A DNA stretch of 64,000 nucleotides, taken from the NCBI GenBank assembly GCA_963575745.1, contig CAUYUJ010000170.1, positions 62,001 to 126,000 on the forward strand, read 5' to 3'. Shown one piece after another: positions 1 to 11,198 of the stretch (positions are counted from its first letter, which is position 1; each line of letters opens with the position of its first letter). The translations under genes and the position numbers were made by a program. The notes under the pieces were generated by a model. The model ran no database searches, was not told the DNA's origin, and saw nothing but the letters and a program-made list of their open reading frames with translations. Source of the stretch: Prorocentrum cordatum (taxonomy: Eukaryota).

Positions 1-50
1 TAAGAAGCCTTCCCCCCTCCCCCTACCCCCCTCTGCGCGTTGCCGAGTAC

Positions 51-277
51 CTCTTCATGCAGGTCACCGGCTCGCCCTGGAAGTCGGCCAGCGCCGTCTC
101 GCCGCCGGCCGCCGCCAACAGCACCGCGGCCGCGCCCATGGCCGCCTCGCGGCGCCCCGGCGGCGGGGCCGCCGCGAGGAAGGCGCCCGGCGCGGGGCCC
201 GCGAGGGCCGCGAGGCACGCGGCCGCGAGGGCGTAGGCGCCCGCGCAGGCGGCGCACAGCGGCAGGAGCCTGGCCAT
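51..277 (-). CDS. First exon of a nuclear-encoded plastid (thylakoid lumen) protein, possibly Psb31-like PSII extrinsic protein
   Basis: GCCATGG start at 277. MARLLPLCAACAGAYALAAACLAALA is a signal peptide, followed by an Ala/Pro-rich transit region and a twin-Arg motif RREAAMGAAAVLLAAAGGETALA|D typical of Tat lumen targeting. Probable AG|GT donor at about 50. The Psb31 resemblance is from memory only and weak; the rest of the gene lies outside the window. Confidence 0.6.
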
Positions 278-716
278 GGCGAGGGTCGGTCGGGGAGGCC
301 TCAGAGGGTCGGCAGGACGTGCGACGGAGGCAGGCGGGTGCCAGGGCCAAAACGCTTCGAGCAAACATGATGACATGACATTCTTCGTGGTGCTATGTGC
401 GTGCTACAATCTGTGTGGTGCAATCGACGTGGTGCAGCATGTGGTGTGCGAACTGCAGTGTGCCATAGGTATGGCGCCATGAATTTTGTTGCCAACTGCG
501 TGGTGCAGCGTATGCGGTGCAGTCTACGGGGCGCAACCAATCTCTGTTCGCAGTGAGTTGTCCACTCCACTGCTCGCGCAAACATCCCACCCACCCACCC
601 GCAACTTGGTCTGCAAAACCTCTTAAGACCGTGACGGTGGGTACCACATGGCACTTGGCAACGACACCGACGCCGACGACGACGACGACAACGACGACAA
701 CGACGCCGCCGACGAC

Positions 717-737
717 CCGTAGCCATTTTGGCTCAAG
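717..737 (+). other. Dinoflagellate spliced leader (DinoSL) at the 5' end of the LINE
   Basis: Exact CCGTAGCCATTTTGGCTCAAG (DinoSL = DCCGTAGCCATTTTGGCTCAAG), followed by GCCATGG rather than the GT-starting intron of an SL RNA gene. Confidence 0.95.
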
Positions 738-868
738 GCCATGGCGATCCCGACGACCGCGAGTCCTTCGGGCGCCGTCGAGCGCGAGGGACGCCGCGCT
801 TTGGGCCTGCTTCTTGCTTCGTTTTTTCGAGGCGGCGTGGGCAGGCGGAGCGCGCGGGGCCAGCAGCC

Positions 869-2206
869 ATGTCGGGCGACGGAACTGGAGCGCCGCCACC
901 CTGGAGGCGCAGGGTGTACTGGGTCTGCCAGTGCAAGGAGTGGAACTGGTGCGACAAGAGGGCGACCTGCAAGTCCTGCGGGAAGGAGGCGCCAGCGTGG
1001 GCGAAGCGCCTGCGCGCGATGCACCAGCCCCAGGCCGACGGGGAGGGATTCGTCCAGCAGCCCAGGGGGCGCTCGCACCAGCGTGCAGCGCGCCGAGCTG
1101 GTGAGGCCTCCAGGGCAGCCTCGGCCGCCAGCACCGTGCCGAGCAGCGCGCCCAACAGCAGGGTGCGGCCGCGGGGCGGAGCCAAGCCGCCGCCGTGGCG
1201 TGAGGAGCGCGAGGAGCAACCAGAGGAGCCCGCTGCGAGTCTGGAGCGCAGGCTCGAGGGAGCCCAGGCTCGCGTCTCCAGCCTCCGCGAGGCGGTCGCC
1301 ACAGATGGGACCAGCGAGGCCTTCCAGCGAGAGGCCAGGGCGGCCCTCCTCGCAGCGGAGGACTCAGCCGAGAGGGCCGAGGCCGAGCTCCGCGAGGCCC
1401 AGCGGCTCGGGAGGCCCCCCCACGCCGTCCTCCACGGAGGCGCCAACGCCATGCAGAAGGTCGAGAAGCAGATCACTGCAACCAGAGCCAAGCGCGAGCA
1501 GGCCGTGCAGCGGGCTGAGGCCCTCAGGGAGGAGATTGCGGCGATGCAAGAAGAGCTGGCCGAGGCCGAGTCCGCGGTCGAGGACTTCGACAGCCAGCTC
1601 GGCAAGCTCGAGGAGTCGAAGGCTCAGACAGTCCAGCAGGCACTCCAGCGGGCCATTGAGGCGTGCGGAGGCCAGCGGCCCCTGGAGACCGCGGTCGGGG
1701 GCCTCGTCACCCAGGTCAACCAGTTGGGCGAGATGCTCGGCCCTAACTCGGATGGCGTCGCGCCCAGGCTCCTGGAGATCATGGACATCATCACCACGCA
1801 GAGCGCCGCCATCTCGGACATGCTCCACCCCGCTGCGCCTGCTGCCGCTGCCTCGCGCTGGGCCGACGGCCTTGGCGGGGGCGGGCTCGCCGTCGACGAC
1901 GAGGAAGGCTTCCCCGCCCCTGCCGCTGGGGCCTCTGCCCCCGCGGAGCCGCGGCCGCCAGCGGAGGCCGCAGTTCAGCAGGTGCGACCAGGCCCGCCCA
2001 CCCAGCGGGCGAGCCCTGCAGTGGGGCCCTACGGGCCAGCCGCCGCCCGCGGGCAGTCAGGCGCGGCGCTCGGCGCTTGGCCCCAGCCTGGCCAGGCCGA
2101 GCACAGGATCCTTGAGGATGCCAAGGACGAGCACGAGGACGGCCAGGCCTTGGCTACCCTGGCTACTGCTGGGGGCTACGCTCCTATGGGCCCTCGTCGC
2201 CCCTAG
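869..2206 (+). CDS. LINE ORF1 (Cys4 zinc finger + coiled coil)
   Basis: GCCATG start at 869. WVCQCKEWNWCDKRATCKSCG resembles a RanBP2-type zinc finger; long heptad-like E/A/Q-rich region; intact frame upstream of ORF2. Confidence 0.8.
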   Translation: MSGDGTGAPPPWRRRVYWVCQCKEWNWCDKRATCKSCGKEAPAWAKRLRAMHQPQADGEGFVQQPRGRSHQRAARRAGEASRAASAASTVPSSAPNSRVRPRGGAKPPPWREEREEQPEEPAASLERRLEGAQARVSSLREAVATDGTSEAFQREARAALLAAEDSAERAEAELREAQRLGRPPHAVLHGGANAMQKVEKQITATRAKREQAVQRAEALREEIAAMQEELAEAESAVEDFDSQLGKLEESKAQTVQQALQRAIEACGGQRPLETAVGGLVTQVNQLGEMLGPNSDGVAPRLLEIMDIITTQSAAISDMLHPAAPAAAASRWADGLGGGGLAVDDEEGFPAPAAGASAPAEPRPPAEAAVQQVRPGPPTQRASPAVGPYGPAAARGQSGAALGAWPQPGQAEHRILEDAKDEHEDGQALATLATAGGYAPMGPRRP

Positions 2207-5200
2207 CCGCTCGGCTGCAGCGACAGCCTGGGGACCCGCGCCGCCGCCGCCGCCGTCAGACTGGCCGACCGTGCACCAGGCGCGAGGAGGGCCACGGCGG
2301 CAAGGCGGCCTCGCTCCTGGGCCGAGGTGCGGTCGGGGCCGCCGAGGCGTCCCCCCGACGGCCCCGTGCGGGCAGACGGCGGGAGGATTCTGCCCTCCGA
2401 CGTCGCAGCCGTCTGCCCCGCCCCATGGGAGTCGAGGGGCCCCCGCGGGGTTCACGCCAGCCGCCCTTGAGGCGAGAGTGGGCGGGGCTGTGCCGGCTTG
2501 TGAGAGGGCCGCCGCGCAGCTCCGTGCAGGCTTCGACGTGCTGGGCCTCAACGGCAACACATGGGACCGTGCCATGGAGGTGCTCGAGGCCTACATCGCG
2601 CGGGAGGGCGCGCGCCCGCACCTGGTCACGGTTCAGGAGGTCCGCCTTGGGCCCCGCCAGCTGGAGAATGCTCGCCGCCGAGCCCGCGGCTTGGGCTACG
2701 CGGCCTTCTTGCATGCTGCTGCGCCCACTGGACAGGCTGCCCTTGCCCATTCAGGAGGCGTCGGAGTGCTTGCCCGTGAGGACCTTCAGGCGCGGGAGGC
2801 TCAGTGGCGAGTGCCAGGGGACTTCAAGCACCGCGTGATCGCCGTCAGGGTGAAGCATGAAGCTGCTGTCTTGCTCCTTGTACCTGCAGGATGGCCTCGG
2901 GCCCAAAGGTGTCAACTTGGACATCATCGGAGCCCTGGGGGACCTGGTGCTGACCGAGGGGCTGCCTTGGCTCGTGCAAGGCGACTTCAACATGGAGCCT
3001 GGGACCCTCCACGAGTTAGGGTGGCCAGCCCTTCAGCGAGGTGCCTACCTTGGGCCAGCCGGGCCCACATGCATGAGCCGCAGCGGGTGTACGAATGGTT
3101 CGCGAGCTCTTTCTGCCTCTCCCACGGGGTCGCCAACGCCGCCGCCCTGGACGGCTACGCGTTGCACCCGCGCAAGCCAGTCCGACTGCGGCTGCAGGAC
3201 CTGCGGCCAGATGCGCTGGTGCAAGTCCTGGTGAGGCCTGGCCGCTTCCCAGACGTGGAGGCCGCCGACTGCAGGGCCCATGAGGACGCCGTCGTGCAGG
3301 TGTTTCGGCGCAGTGGGCGAGCTCAGTGGCAGGCCGAGGCCTGCAGCTGGAGCTGGGAGGCAGGCGCGGTGCCCCACGACCTGCCTGCTGCAGCGTGTGA
3401 GTGGACGGAGGCGGTCGAGGGCACGTTGGTGGGCATCCACGACATCCAGCCCGCCGCTCACAGGCGCTTCCTGGGCCGAGCCGCGGGGCCGAGGCGCGCC
3501 CTGTAGCCGATGAGCGCGGTCGCGAAGCGAGAGTACCGCTTCCGTCACTCCGAGTTGACCCACGCCATTCGGCAGGCCCTTGACCTGGCTCTGCAGAGGC
3601 TGGCCGCCGATAGGAGTGAGAGGTGGCGGCCGTCGCACGAGGGCTGGTACTCGCGCGAGGCGGAGCGCATCACGGGCCTCCTTGGGCTCGCCACGGCTGC
3701 GGCCCGCGAGGAGGAGGAGGCGGAGCAGCTCGCCTTCGACACCAGCGGGTGGAGCGACCTCGTCGGCCAGGCAGGAGTCCACGGCCACGTCGGCGCCATC
3801 GCGGAGCTCCAGCGACGGCTTTACAGCTCGCAGCGGCGCGACGGTCGTAACAGCTCCGCGCGGTGGCGCGCTTGGGCCAAGGAGGCCGTCCAGCGAGGAG
3901 GCAGGCTGGCGCACCGCTTTGCCAGAGCGGTGCCGCCTCCCCAGGTCGTCGATCCTGACACGGGCATGCCGCTGGCAGGTATGATAGCTATTGGGCAGCT
4001 GGAGGCCAACTGGCAAGCCCTCTGGCAGCAGGAAGGCTTCAAGGGAGGAGCCGACGTCGGCACCTGGGACGTCCAGGACTGGACCCTGCCTCCCATCACG
4101 CTCGACATGTTCCAGGCGACGTGCCGCCGCTACGCGCCTTCTGCAGGGCTCGGAGCAGACCAGCTACACCCTAGACAGCTGCTGCCCCTGCCGCGTGCCC
4201 TCCAGCTCCGCTGCCTGGACCTCCTCGCGGCGCGCGAGGAGCGGCCGCAGGCGCTGGGGGCCTTCGCGACGATGATCGTGTTCATCCCGAAGCTGGATGG
4301 GGGCATCCGCCCCATTGCCCTCATTCCGCCTCTTCTTCGGGTGTGGAGCCGTGTTCGGCAACCTACTTGTGCGCAGTGGGAGTCCACCCACAACTTCCAG
4401 TTCTTCTGGGGCAGGGAAGGCAAGGGCTGTGAGAAGGCGGGTTGGATGCACAACCTTCTTGCCTCGGCTGCCCGCCATGCCGGCTTTGAGGTTGGCAGCC
4501 TCTTCCTGGACATTGTGAAGTTCTACGAGAATATTCGGCATGACGTGTTCTGGAACTGCGCCACCGAGCACAATTTCAATCTTCGGTTATTGAGGGGGCT
4601 TTTGGCCTTGTATTAAGCCCCATCGCTTCATCTGTTTCGCGGGCCTGGTCTCCGACGACTTCAGCTCGCAGGGCGCCGTCCTCGCGGGCTGTGCGCGTGC
4701 TACTACGCTGGCCAATCTGCCGCTCCTCGGACCCCTTCGCGCCGTGTCTTCAGGAGGCCGCCTGCTCGTCATTGGCAGGAACGTCGTCGACGATGTGGCC
4801 CTTCAAGCACTGGGAACTCGTCGCCTTGTCGTGGAGCAACTTGGCGGCGCGGGAGCGGAGATGGCGCGGCAGCTCGGGGGCTTGCACCTCCCGCTCAGCG
4901 CCAAGAAGTCCGTGTACCTTGCGTCCTGCTCTGGCCTGGCCCAGGAGCTGGGCGAGTACTGGAAGGCGCGCGGCATGAAGTTCGAGAGAGCTCACCAAGC
5001 CCGCAACTTGGGCACGGATGCGAGCATCACGATGAGAGGAGTCCGCGAAGGGCGAGGGCGGGCGCGGGACGCGCTCCAGCGTGCGCGGCGCCTGCGATGC
5101 CTTCGAGCGGCAGGAGTCGAGGTGGACCTGATCCACAAGGCTGGGCCTACTTCCAGTATGGCATGGGGGCGGACGGTTACTGGCGTGGCCGACGGAGAGT

Positions 5201-7421
5201 TGCACAGTTGGCGAGTCACCGCGTGCCGCAGCGCTGGGCGGCCCCCCCGCGGCGCGGCCCTCGGCCTCAGGCTGCGGCGTGCGGAGCTCCGCAGGGGCCG
5301 CGACCTGGATCCGCTCGTGCTGATCACGGATCGCTCGCTCCAGATGCTGGCAGGGCTTTTGCACTCGGGCGAGCTCTCCCTGCCGATGCTCAGGGGCGAG
5401 CTCGAGGCTGCAGCTTCGCGGCAGGCGGCAGCAACGGCGCCCTGGGTGCACTGCAACTCCCCCGTGGATGCAGCTGTCCTCACCCTGGGCAGGATCGGCT
5501 GGCACTTCAGGTCCGAGCGGTGCCTCATCACGGACGTCGGGGGCGTGCTGGACTTGACGCTGTTGGGGCCGCGCGAGCTCGGCATTGAAGCCGGCCTTGG
5601 GGCGAGGCGCGCCTCGAATCGACGCGAGATGCAGAAGCTGGCCAGCGCCTCTTCTTTGCAGGGTTCTTTCTTCTGGGACGCCTTCAAGGAGCTCATCGGG
5701 CCAGGAGGCAAGTTCAGCGAGCGCGAGAGGAACGGGCTGGTCGCCTACCTCACGAACGCGCACTGGCCGCCGGCGAGGCTCCACGGCGCCCGCGAAAGCG
5801 GCCACGCCCGCTGCAGATGCTGCGGAGCCGCGCGGGGCACCCTCTGGCACAGATTGTTCGAGTGCCCCATGCTTGCGGCCCAGCGGAGGGACTCGGTCTC
5901 GCCAGCGCTGATGAGGAGCGCTGTGCGGGTCCGCGCCCAGGGAGAGGCAGCAGGGGGGGACTTCGCTCGGCGCTGGCTGCCAGCGCCGCCGCCTCCTCAA
6001 GGGCCTCGCACGGACGCCATGAGCGTCTGGTGGATACGCAGGCCTCCCGACGACAAGCTCAATGGCAAGTTGTACTTGGACGGCTCGGCGGTCGACCCGC
6101 AGTTCGGCTCCTTGAGGCGCGCGGGCTGGGCGATTGCTGCAATGCGACGACGACGGCAACCTCATCGCGGGCGTCTACGGGACCGTCAGGAGGGACCTCT
6201 GTCCACAACAAACCGCTCGTGACGCTGAGGACTTCGCGGTCTGGATGATGGTGAACTACGCGGGCCCTGCAGTCGAGGAGGTTAACATCGACTGCCACGG
6301 CACGGTCGAGTGCTTGCGTAAGGGGCTGGCCTATGCGACGGGCCCGACCAAGGCCAACGCCCACCTCTGGAGCAGGAGCCTCGCCGCCTTCGAGCCTGGC
6401 AGCTTCAGGGTGAACAAGGTGCCCGCCCACTGCAGCAGGCAGGCGGTGCTCGACGGGCGCCTCACGGAGGCGCAGTGGCGCGGCAACCTGCACGCCGACC
6501 GCCTCGCCAAGCTGGGAGCACGGCTGCGCGCCGTGGACGCCCAGACCGTGGGCGAGCACCGCGCCTTGGCGGGATTCGTCCAGGAGCTGGCCCGCTGGGT
6601 GGGCCAGGCGGCGGTCCTCTGGCAGAACATCGCGGAGAAGGACAGTGACAGCTTCCTCGAGTCCGACGAGAGGCAGCGGGTGAGGTTCGCCGACCAGGAG
6701 GAGCGGGCCGAGCTGCCCACTGCAGGCAGGCCGACGGCGCAGCAGCCGCAAGTGGAGAGCGTCCGCTCGGTGGCCAGCGCGGTTGGCCTCTCCATCACCA
6801 CGGCTGGCATCTGCTACCTCGGCCACTCCCTGTCGTACGCGTGCTGCGACGTGGGCGAAGAGTCCCAGGAGCTGGTGGCGTGCGGCAAGTGCGGCGCCTA
6901 CATGGTCCTTGGTGGCCGCTCTGGAGGCCGCCCAAAGCTCAAGGAGCCGTGCATCGGCGAGAGGGCCACTGGGCAGCGCAGCCAGCGCCGCCTCTGGGCT
7001 CGAGGGCTACACCCGGCCGGGTGGACGACCACGCGGAGGAGACCAGCAGCGCAGGGAGAAAGGGGTTGAAATCCCCGCGCTGAGGCTGCAGGGGCCACTG
7101 CCCCCAGCGGCCCAAGAGGCCTTCCTGGCCTGGCTGGGCCTCGAGGGCGAGGAGGCTCCCTCGGCAGCAGGTGGCAGCTCAGCAGCAGCGACGGGAGGAG
7201 CAGGCGGCTGCGAGCAGGTGCCAACGACGCGGCCGACGGCGGCAGTGCAGCAGGTGGCGGCGGGCAGCGCCCCGTGGGCCGCCATGCTGGCCGCGTACGG
7301 CCTGGACGAGCAGGACCTCGCCGAGCGGGTGCTGTCCGCCAACGCCGCCGTGGAGGACCGCCGCGTCCGCCCGCGGCGCGGCCGCGGCCCGCGCCCTGGC
7401 GGCGAGAGCTCGGGCGAGTAG
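2207..7421 (+). pseudogene. LINE ORF2: AP endonuclease, reverse transcriptase, RNase H, C-terminal Cys/His cluster; frameshifted
   Basis: APE motifs LNGN, VQEVRL, GGVGVL, GDFNM. RT motifs GADQLHP, FIPKLDGGIRPIAL, LDIVKFYE, GAVLAGC, NVVDD. Zn motif CRCCGAARGTLWHRLFEC. RNase H motifs LYLDGSA, RAGWAI, TARDAE, NIDC, KVPAH, GNLHADRLAK. Frame changes near 2865, 3085, 4615, 6140 and 7050, plus an in-frame TAG at 3504. Start position uncertain. Confidence 0.9.
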
Positions 7422-7479
7422 GCTGCTCGCCTGGAGTCGCCTTCATGGCCCCGCGAATCGAATCGACGCCGCCGACGAC

Positions 7480-7528
7480 GACTATGACGACACCGACGAC
7501 GTCTCCAACGACTTCGACGACGCCGACA

Positions 7529-7565
<37 letters not shown>

Positions 7566-7760
7566 CGACGAAATAGGAGGGACGACGACGAAACGCCGAC
7601 GAAGACGACGAGGGAGGAAGGACGACCATGGCGACAACGACGACGGAAATGACGACGACGCCAAGACGACGACGACGACGAGAAAGACAAAGGACGACGA
7701 CGGCGACGACGACGACGACGAGGAGGGAGGAGTGAGGACGGCGACGACGACGACGACGAC
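7480..7760. repeat. (GAC)n degenerate microsatellite, continuous with 660-716 before the LINE insertion
   Basis: GACGAC runs on both sides of the LINE. Confidence 0.9.
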
Positions 7761-9139
7761 GCAAGAGCGCGCGCGCACGCTTTTGTTGAAAGTCCGTGTT
7801 GCGGAACCTTTTGTGTTTGTATGTTGTTTGGGACACTCGATTTTGAAATCCTTCCGAAACCGAAGGTTTTTTTCAAGGATTCCGGCATGCGCACGCGACG
7901 ACACGCGCGTGCGCACTTCGTCCCGTTGTTTGCAAGGGATTCTCGCGACGGCACGCGCGCAAAGGCGTTCGAAAGATTTCGACATGCGCGCGCGAAGCCC
8001 GTTTGGTAGCATGTCTAGAAAATCTGGAATGACCAACGATTTTCTTCAGATTCCGCAAGAGCGCGCGCATATTTTTTTGCATAATCAATATTGCGAAACC
8101 ATGGTTTTTATATGATGTTTGGAAAGTCGGTTTTGAAGTCCTTCCGACATCGTTGGTTTTTGAAAGATTCCGGCATGCGCGCGCGACGACGCGAGCGTGC
8201 GCACTTCGTCCCCATTTGTTGCCAGGGATTCTTGAAAACTTATGATTCTTGATAAGCGAGAGTGCGCGCATAGCATTTGTTGCAAAGGATGGCGGGTGGG
8301 AGGTGATACCGGTTTGGCTGGGATCGTACGAGCTCCTATTTAGGATGGACGATGGGGCATAAACGTATGCAAATTGCAATTCGAAAAGGTGTATCGTTAA
8401 TTCCGGGGGGGGTCCATTCTTCTTTTAGAGAGGAGAATATGTGTTATGCTATCTACGTTGCGCAGACCATGTAGTGTATCGACGTGATGCAATCTATGTG
8501 GTGCACACTATGTTATGCTGTTCACCCTGTCGAATTTGAAGTTGTTGCTTCCGATGCTTGCGCAATCATCCCACCCACCCACCCACCCACAAATTGGTTT
8601 GCAAAACCCATGCAGCGGTGATTGCGATGACTGCTTGGCGCTGCTGGCACATTGTTGCGATCGCGCTAGCGCGCACAGGCTGGCGCACAGAGCGGCCATC
8701 TAATCTAGCGCGACCGACGCGGCCAAGGTGGCGCCGACCGCTTGGCACTTCCAAACGCGTGTCGCGCGCTGGCCCGCGGGCACTTCAGTGCGAGTCGGTG
8801 ATTCGGGCGGGCGCGGTATCATGGCGACGTCGACAAGGGCACACACGGTGATGATAGTAGCGACGCTGGTGACGACGATGACGATGACGACGGCAAGGCC
8901 AATGAAAGCGAGGATGATGATCACGTCGGTGGCGATGATGGTGTCCACGTGTCGGTAGTGAAGGTTCCGGCAGGATTTCGGCATGCGCACGCGGCCGACG
9001 GGCGCGAGTGGCCCGCATGGCATGATGATGTGCCAGGGATCGCACCCCCCCAACACGCTGGAAAGGGCGTTAGAATGAATTCGATCTGCGCGCGCGAAAA
9101 GTCCGTTTGGTCGCCTTGCATGGCCATGTTGAAATTAAC

Positions 9140-10385
9140 CTGGCGAAGGACCCAACCATATGCAGTTGTGCGTACCGCACTTGGGAATATGTTTTTCGGT
9201 GGCGCTCCCTATGGGGCCACGAACCCTGTGACGGGTGTGCCGACATGGGTGCGGCGGACGAATGTGGACGGTGGCATTGGGGCCTTCGGTGGAGCTCCCT
9301 ATGGGGCCACGAAGCGTGTGAGGGGGGGTGCCGAAATGGGTGTGGGGGACGCATGCGGGCGGTGGCATTGGAGCCGTCGGTGGAGCTCCCTATGGGGTCA
9401 CGCAGCGTGTGAGGGGTGTGCCGAAATGGGTGTGTAGGGACGCATGCGGGCGGTGGCATTGGAGCCTACGGTGGAGCTTCCTATGGGGCCACGAAACGTG
9501 TGAAGGGTGTACCGAAACGGGTGCGGGGGGCGCATGTGGACGGTGGCACTTGGGCCTTCGGTGGAACACCCTAAGGGGCCACGCAGCGTGGGAGGGGTGT
9601 GCCGAAATGTGTGGGGGACGCATGTGCATGGTGGCAGTGGGGCCTTCGGTGAAGCTCCCTGTGGGGCCACAAAGCGTGGGAGGGGTGGGCCGAAATGGGT
9701 GCGGGGGGCGCATGAGCACGGTGGCACTGGGGCCTTCGGTGGAGATCCCTATGGTTCCACGACGTGTCTGAGGGGTGTGCCGAAATGGGTGCGGGGGACG
9801 CATGTGGAGCTCCCTGTGGGGCTCCCTGTGGGGCTCTCAGCGTGGGAGGGGTGTGCCGAAATGTGTGGGGGGCGCATGAGGACGGTGGCACTGTCTGTGC
9901 CGAAATGGGTGTGGTGGACGCATGTGGACGGTGGCACTTGGGCCTTCGGTGGAGCTCCCTATGGGGGCAAGAAACGATTGAGGGATGTGCCGAAATCGGC
10001 GTGGGGGACGCATGTGGGCGGTGGCACTGGGGCCTTCGGTGGAGCTCCCTATGGGGCCACGAAAAATGTGAGGGGTGTACAGAAATGGGAATGTAGGGAA
10101 CGCATGTGGACGGTGGCACTGGGGCCTTCGGTGGAGCTCCCTATGCGGCCACGAACCCTGTTACGGGTGTGCCGACATGGGTGCGGCGGACGCATGTGGA
10201 CGGTGGTATTGTGGCCTTCGGTGGGGGCCACGAAACGTGTAAGGGCGTTCCGAAACAGAGACATGCGGAAGGTATAGGCAAGGAGGGGGAGGAGGGAGGA
10301 GGGAGAGGAGGAGGAGGAGAGGAAGGAGGGACGCCCAGCGCTGTCTCTTCAAAACGAAGACCCAACACCACAGGATGGTTGGGAA
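9140..10385. repeat. Element carrying a ~85-90 bp tandem minisatellite
   Basis: About 11 copies of GGTGGCA.TGGGGCCTTCGGTGGAGCTCCCTATGGGGCCACGAA.CGTGTGAGGGGTGTGCCGAAATGGG; both ends carry CGAAG(G)ACCCAAC...TTGGGAA. Confidence 0.85.
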
Positions 10386-11020
10386 GGAAACAACCGTTTT
10401 TTAGATTTAAAAGGCAAACGTGATCAAACAAGAGCACAATAATTCGCAAGAGCGCGCGCGCTGACCTTTCTCTGTTTGAAAACCATGATGCGACACCATG
10501 CGTGTTGTTCGGGACGCTTTATCTAATCCTCACAAAGCGCGGGTGGACTTTGTTTCACCTGTTGTAAAGGATTTTGAAAATGGATGAATTTGGATACGAG
10601 GGTGTGGGCGCATACTGATTTTTGTTGCAAGGATGAAAGGGGAGGGAAGTCGATACTGCCCTGGCTGGGATGGTATGGACTCATATCTCGAATGAACGAC
10701 GGGGCAGGGCCACATGAAAACAAGCTGCACGCACCTGGGGGGGCGGCCAAATCCTGGCCTCGGGGGGTCGTAGGCCCAAGCTCCATTTTGTAGAAAGGAC
10801 CATCGAGGTGTTGCGATGATGCCATCTGTGTGGTGCGATCTGCGTGGTCCAACCCATGTCGTGCCATCTGGGCGGCGACGGGGCGGCGTCGGAGACCACA
10901 TGGCCGCCGGACCGCCCGCCAGGCTCAGACGACGGGCGGCGACGAGGCGGCGACGGGGCGGCGACGGCGACGGCGACCACGGAGCCGCAAGACCGCCAGC
11001 AATGGGGAAACCAAAAGGTA

Positions 11021-11198
11021 CTCCAGATTTCGTAATAAAGGGAGGGGGGTCTCATTTCGGGGGGGGTCTCTTCCAGGCTATCTTGGAGGGCCTGGGGGGT
11101 CTGGGGACGATGTTTTGGAGGGTTCTCCCACGGGGGAGGTCTGAAATGGCTTGTCTTGGAGGGTCCAGACCCCCTCCCTTTTATTACGAAATCTGGAG
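11021..11198. mobile_element. Tc1/mariner (Stowaway-like) MITE, copy 1
   Basis: ~30-bp TIR CTCCAGATTTCGTAATAAAGGGAGGGGG with TA on both sides; second copy at 34466-34643; empty-site paralogue at about 42950-43010. Confidence 0.9.

Larger units (their letters stand above)
717..7463 (+). mobile_element. Full-length non-LTR retrotransposon (LINE; ORF1 + APE-RT-RNase H), decayed
   Basis: 16-bp TSD CGACGCCGCCGACGAC at 701-716 and 7464-7479; 5' DinoSL; 3' (CGAAT)2 tail; inserted in a (GAC)n microsatellite; ORF1 and ORF2 domains recognisable. Confidence 0.92.

Noticed and set aside
717..800. SL RNA gene
   Set aside because: The SL is followed by GCCATGG and the LINE body, not a GT-starting SL intron and T-rich terminator.
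4750..6826. Long antisense ORFs over the LINE
   Set aside because: Shadow ORFs of GC-rich coding sequence with no recognisable motifs.
9190..10250. CRISPR-like array
   Set aside because: Whole units are homologous tandem copies with no unique spacers, no cas genes are present, and the context is eukaryotic.
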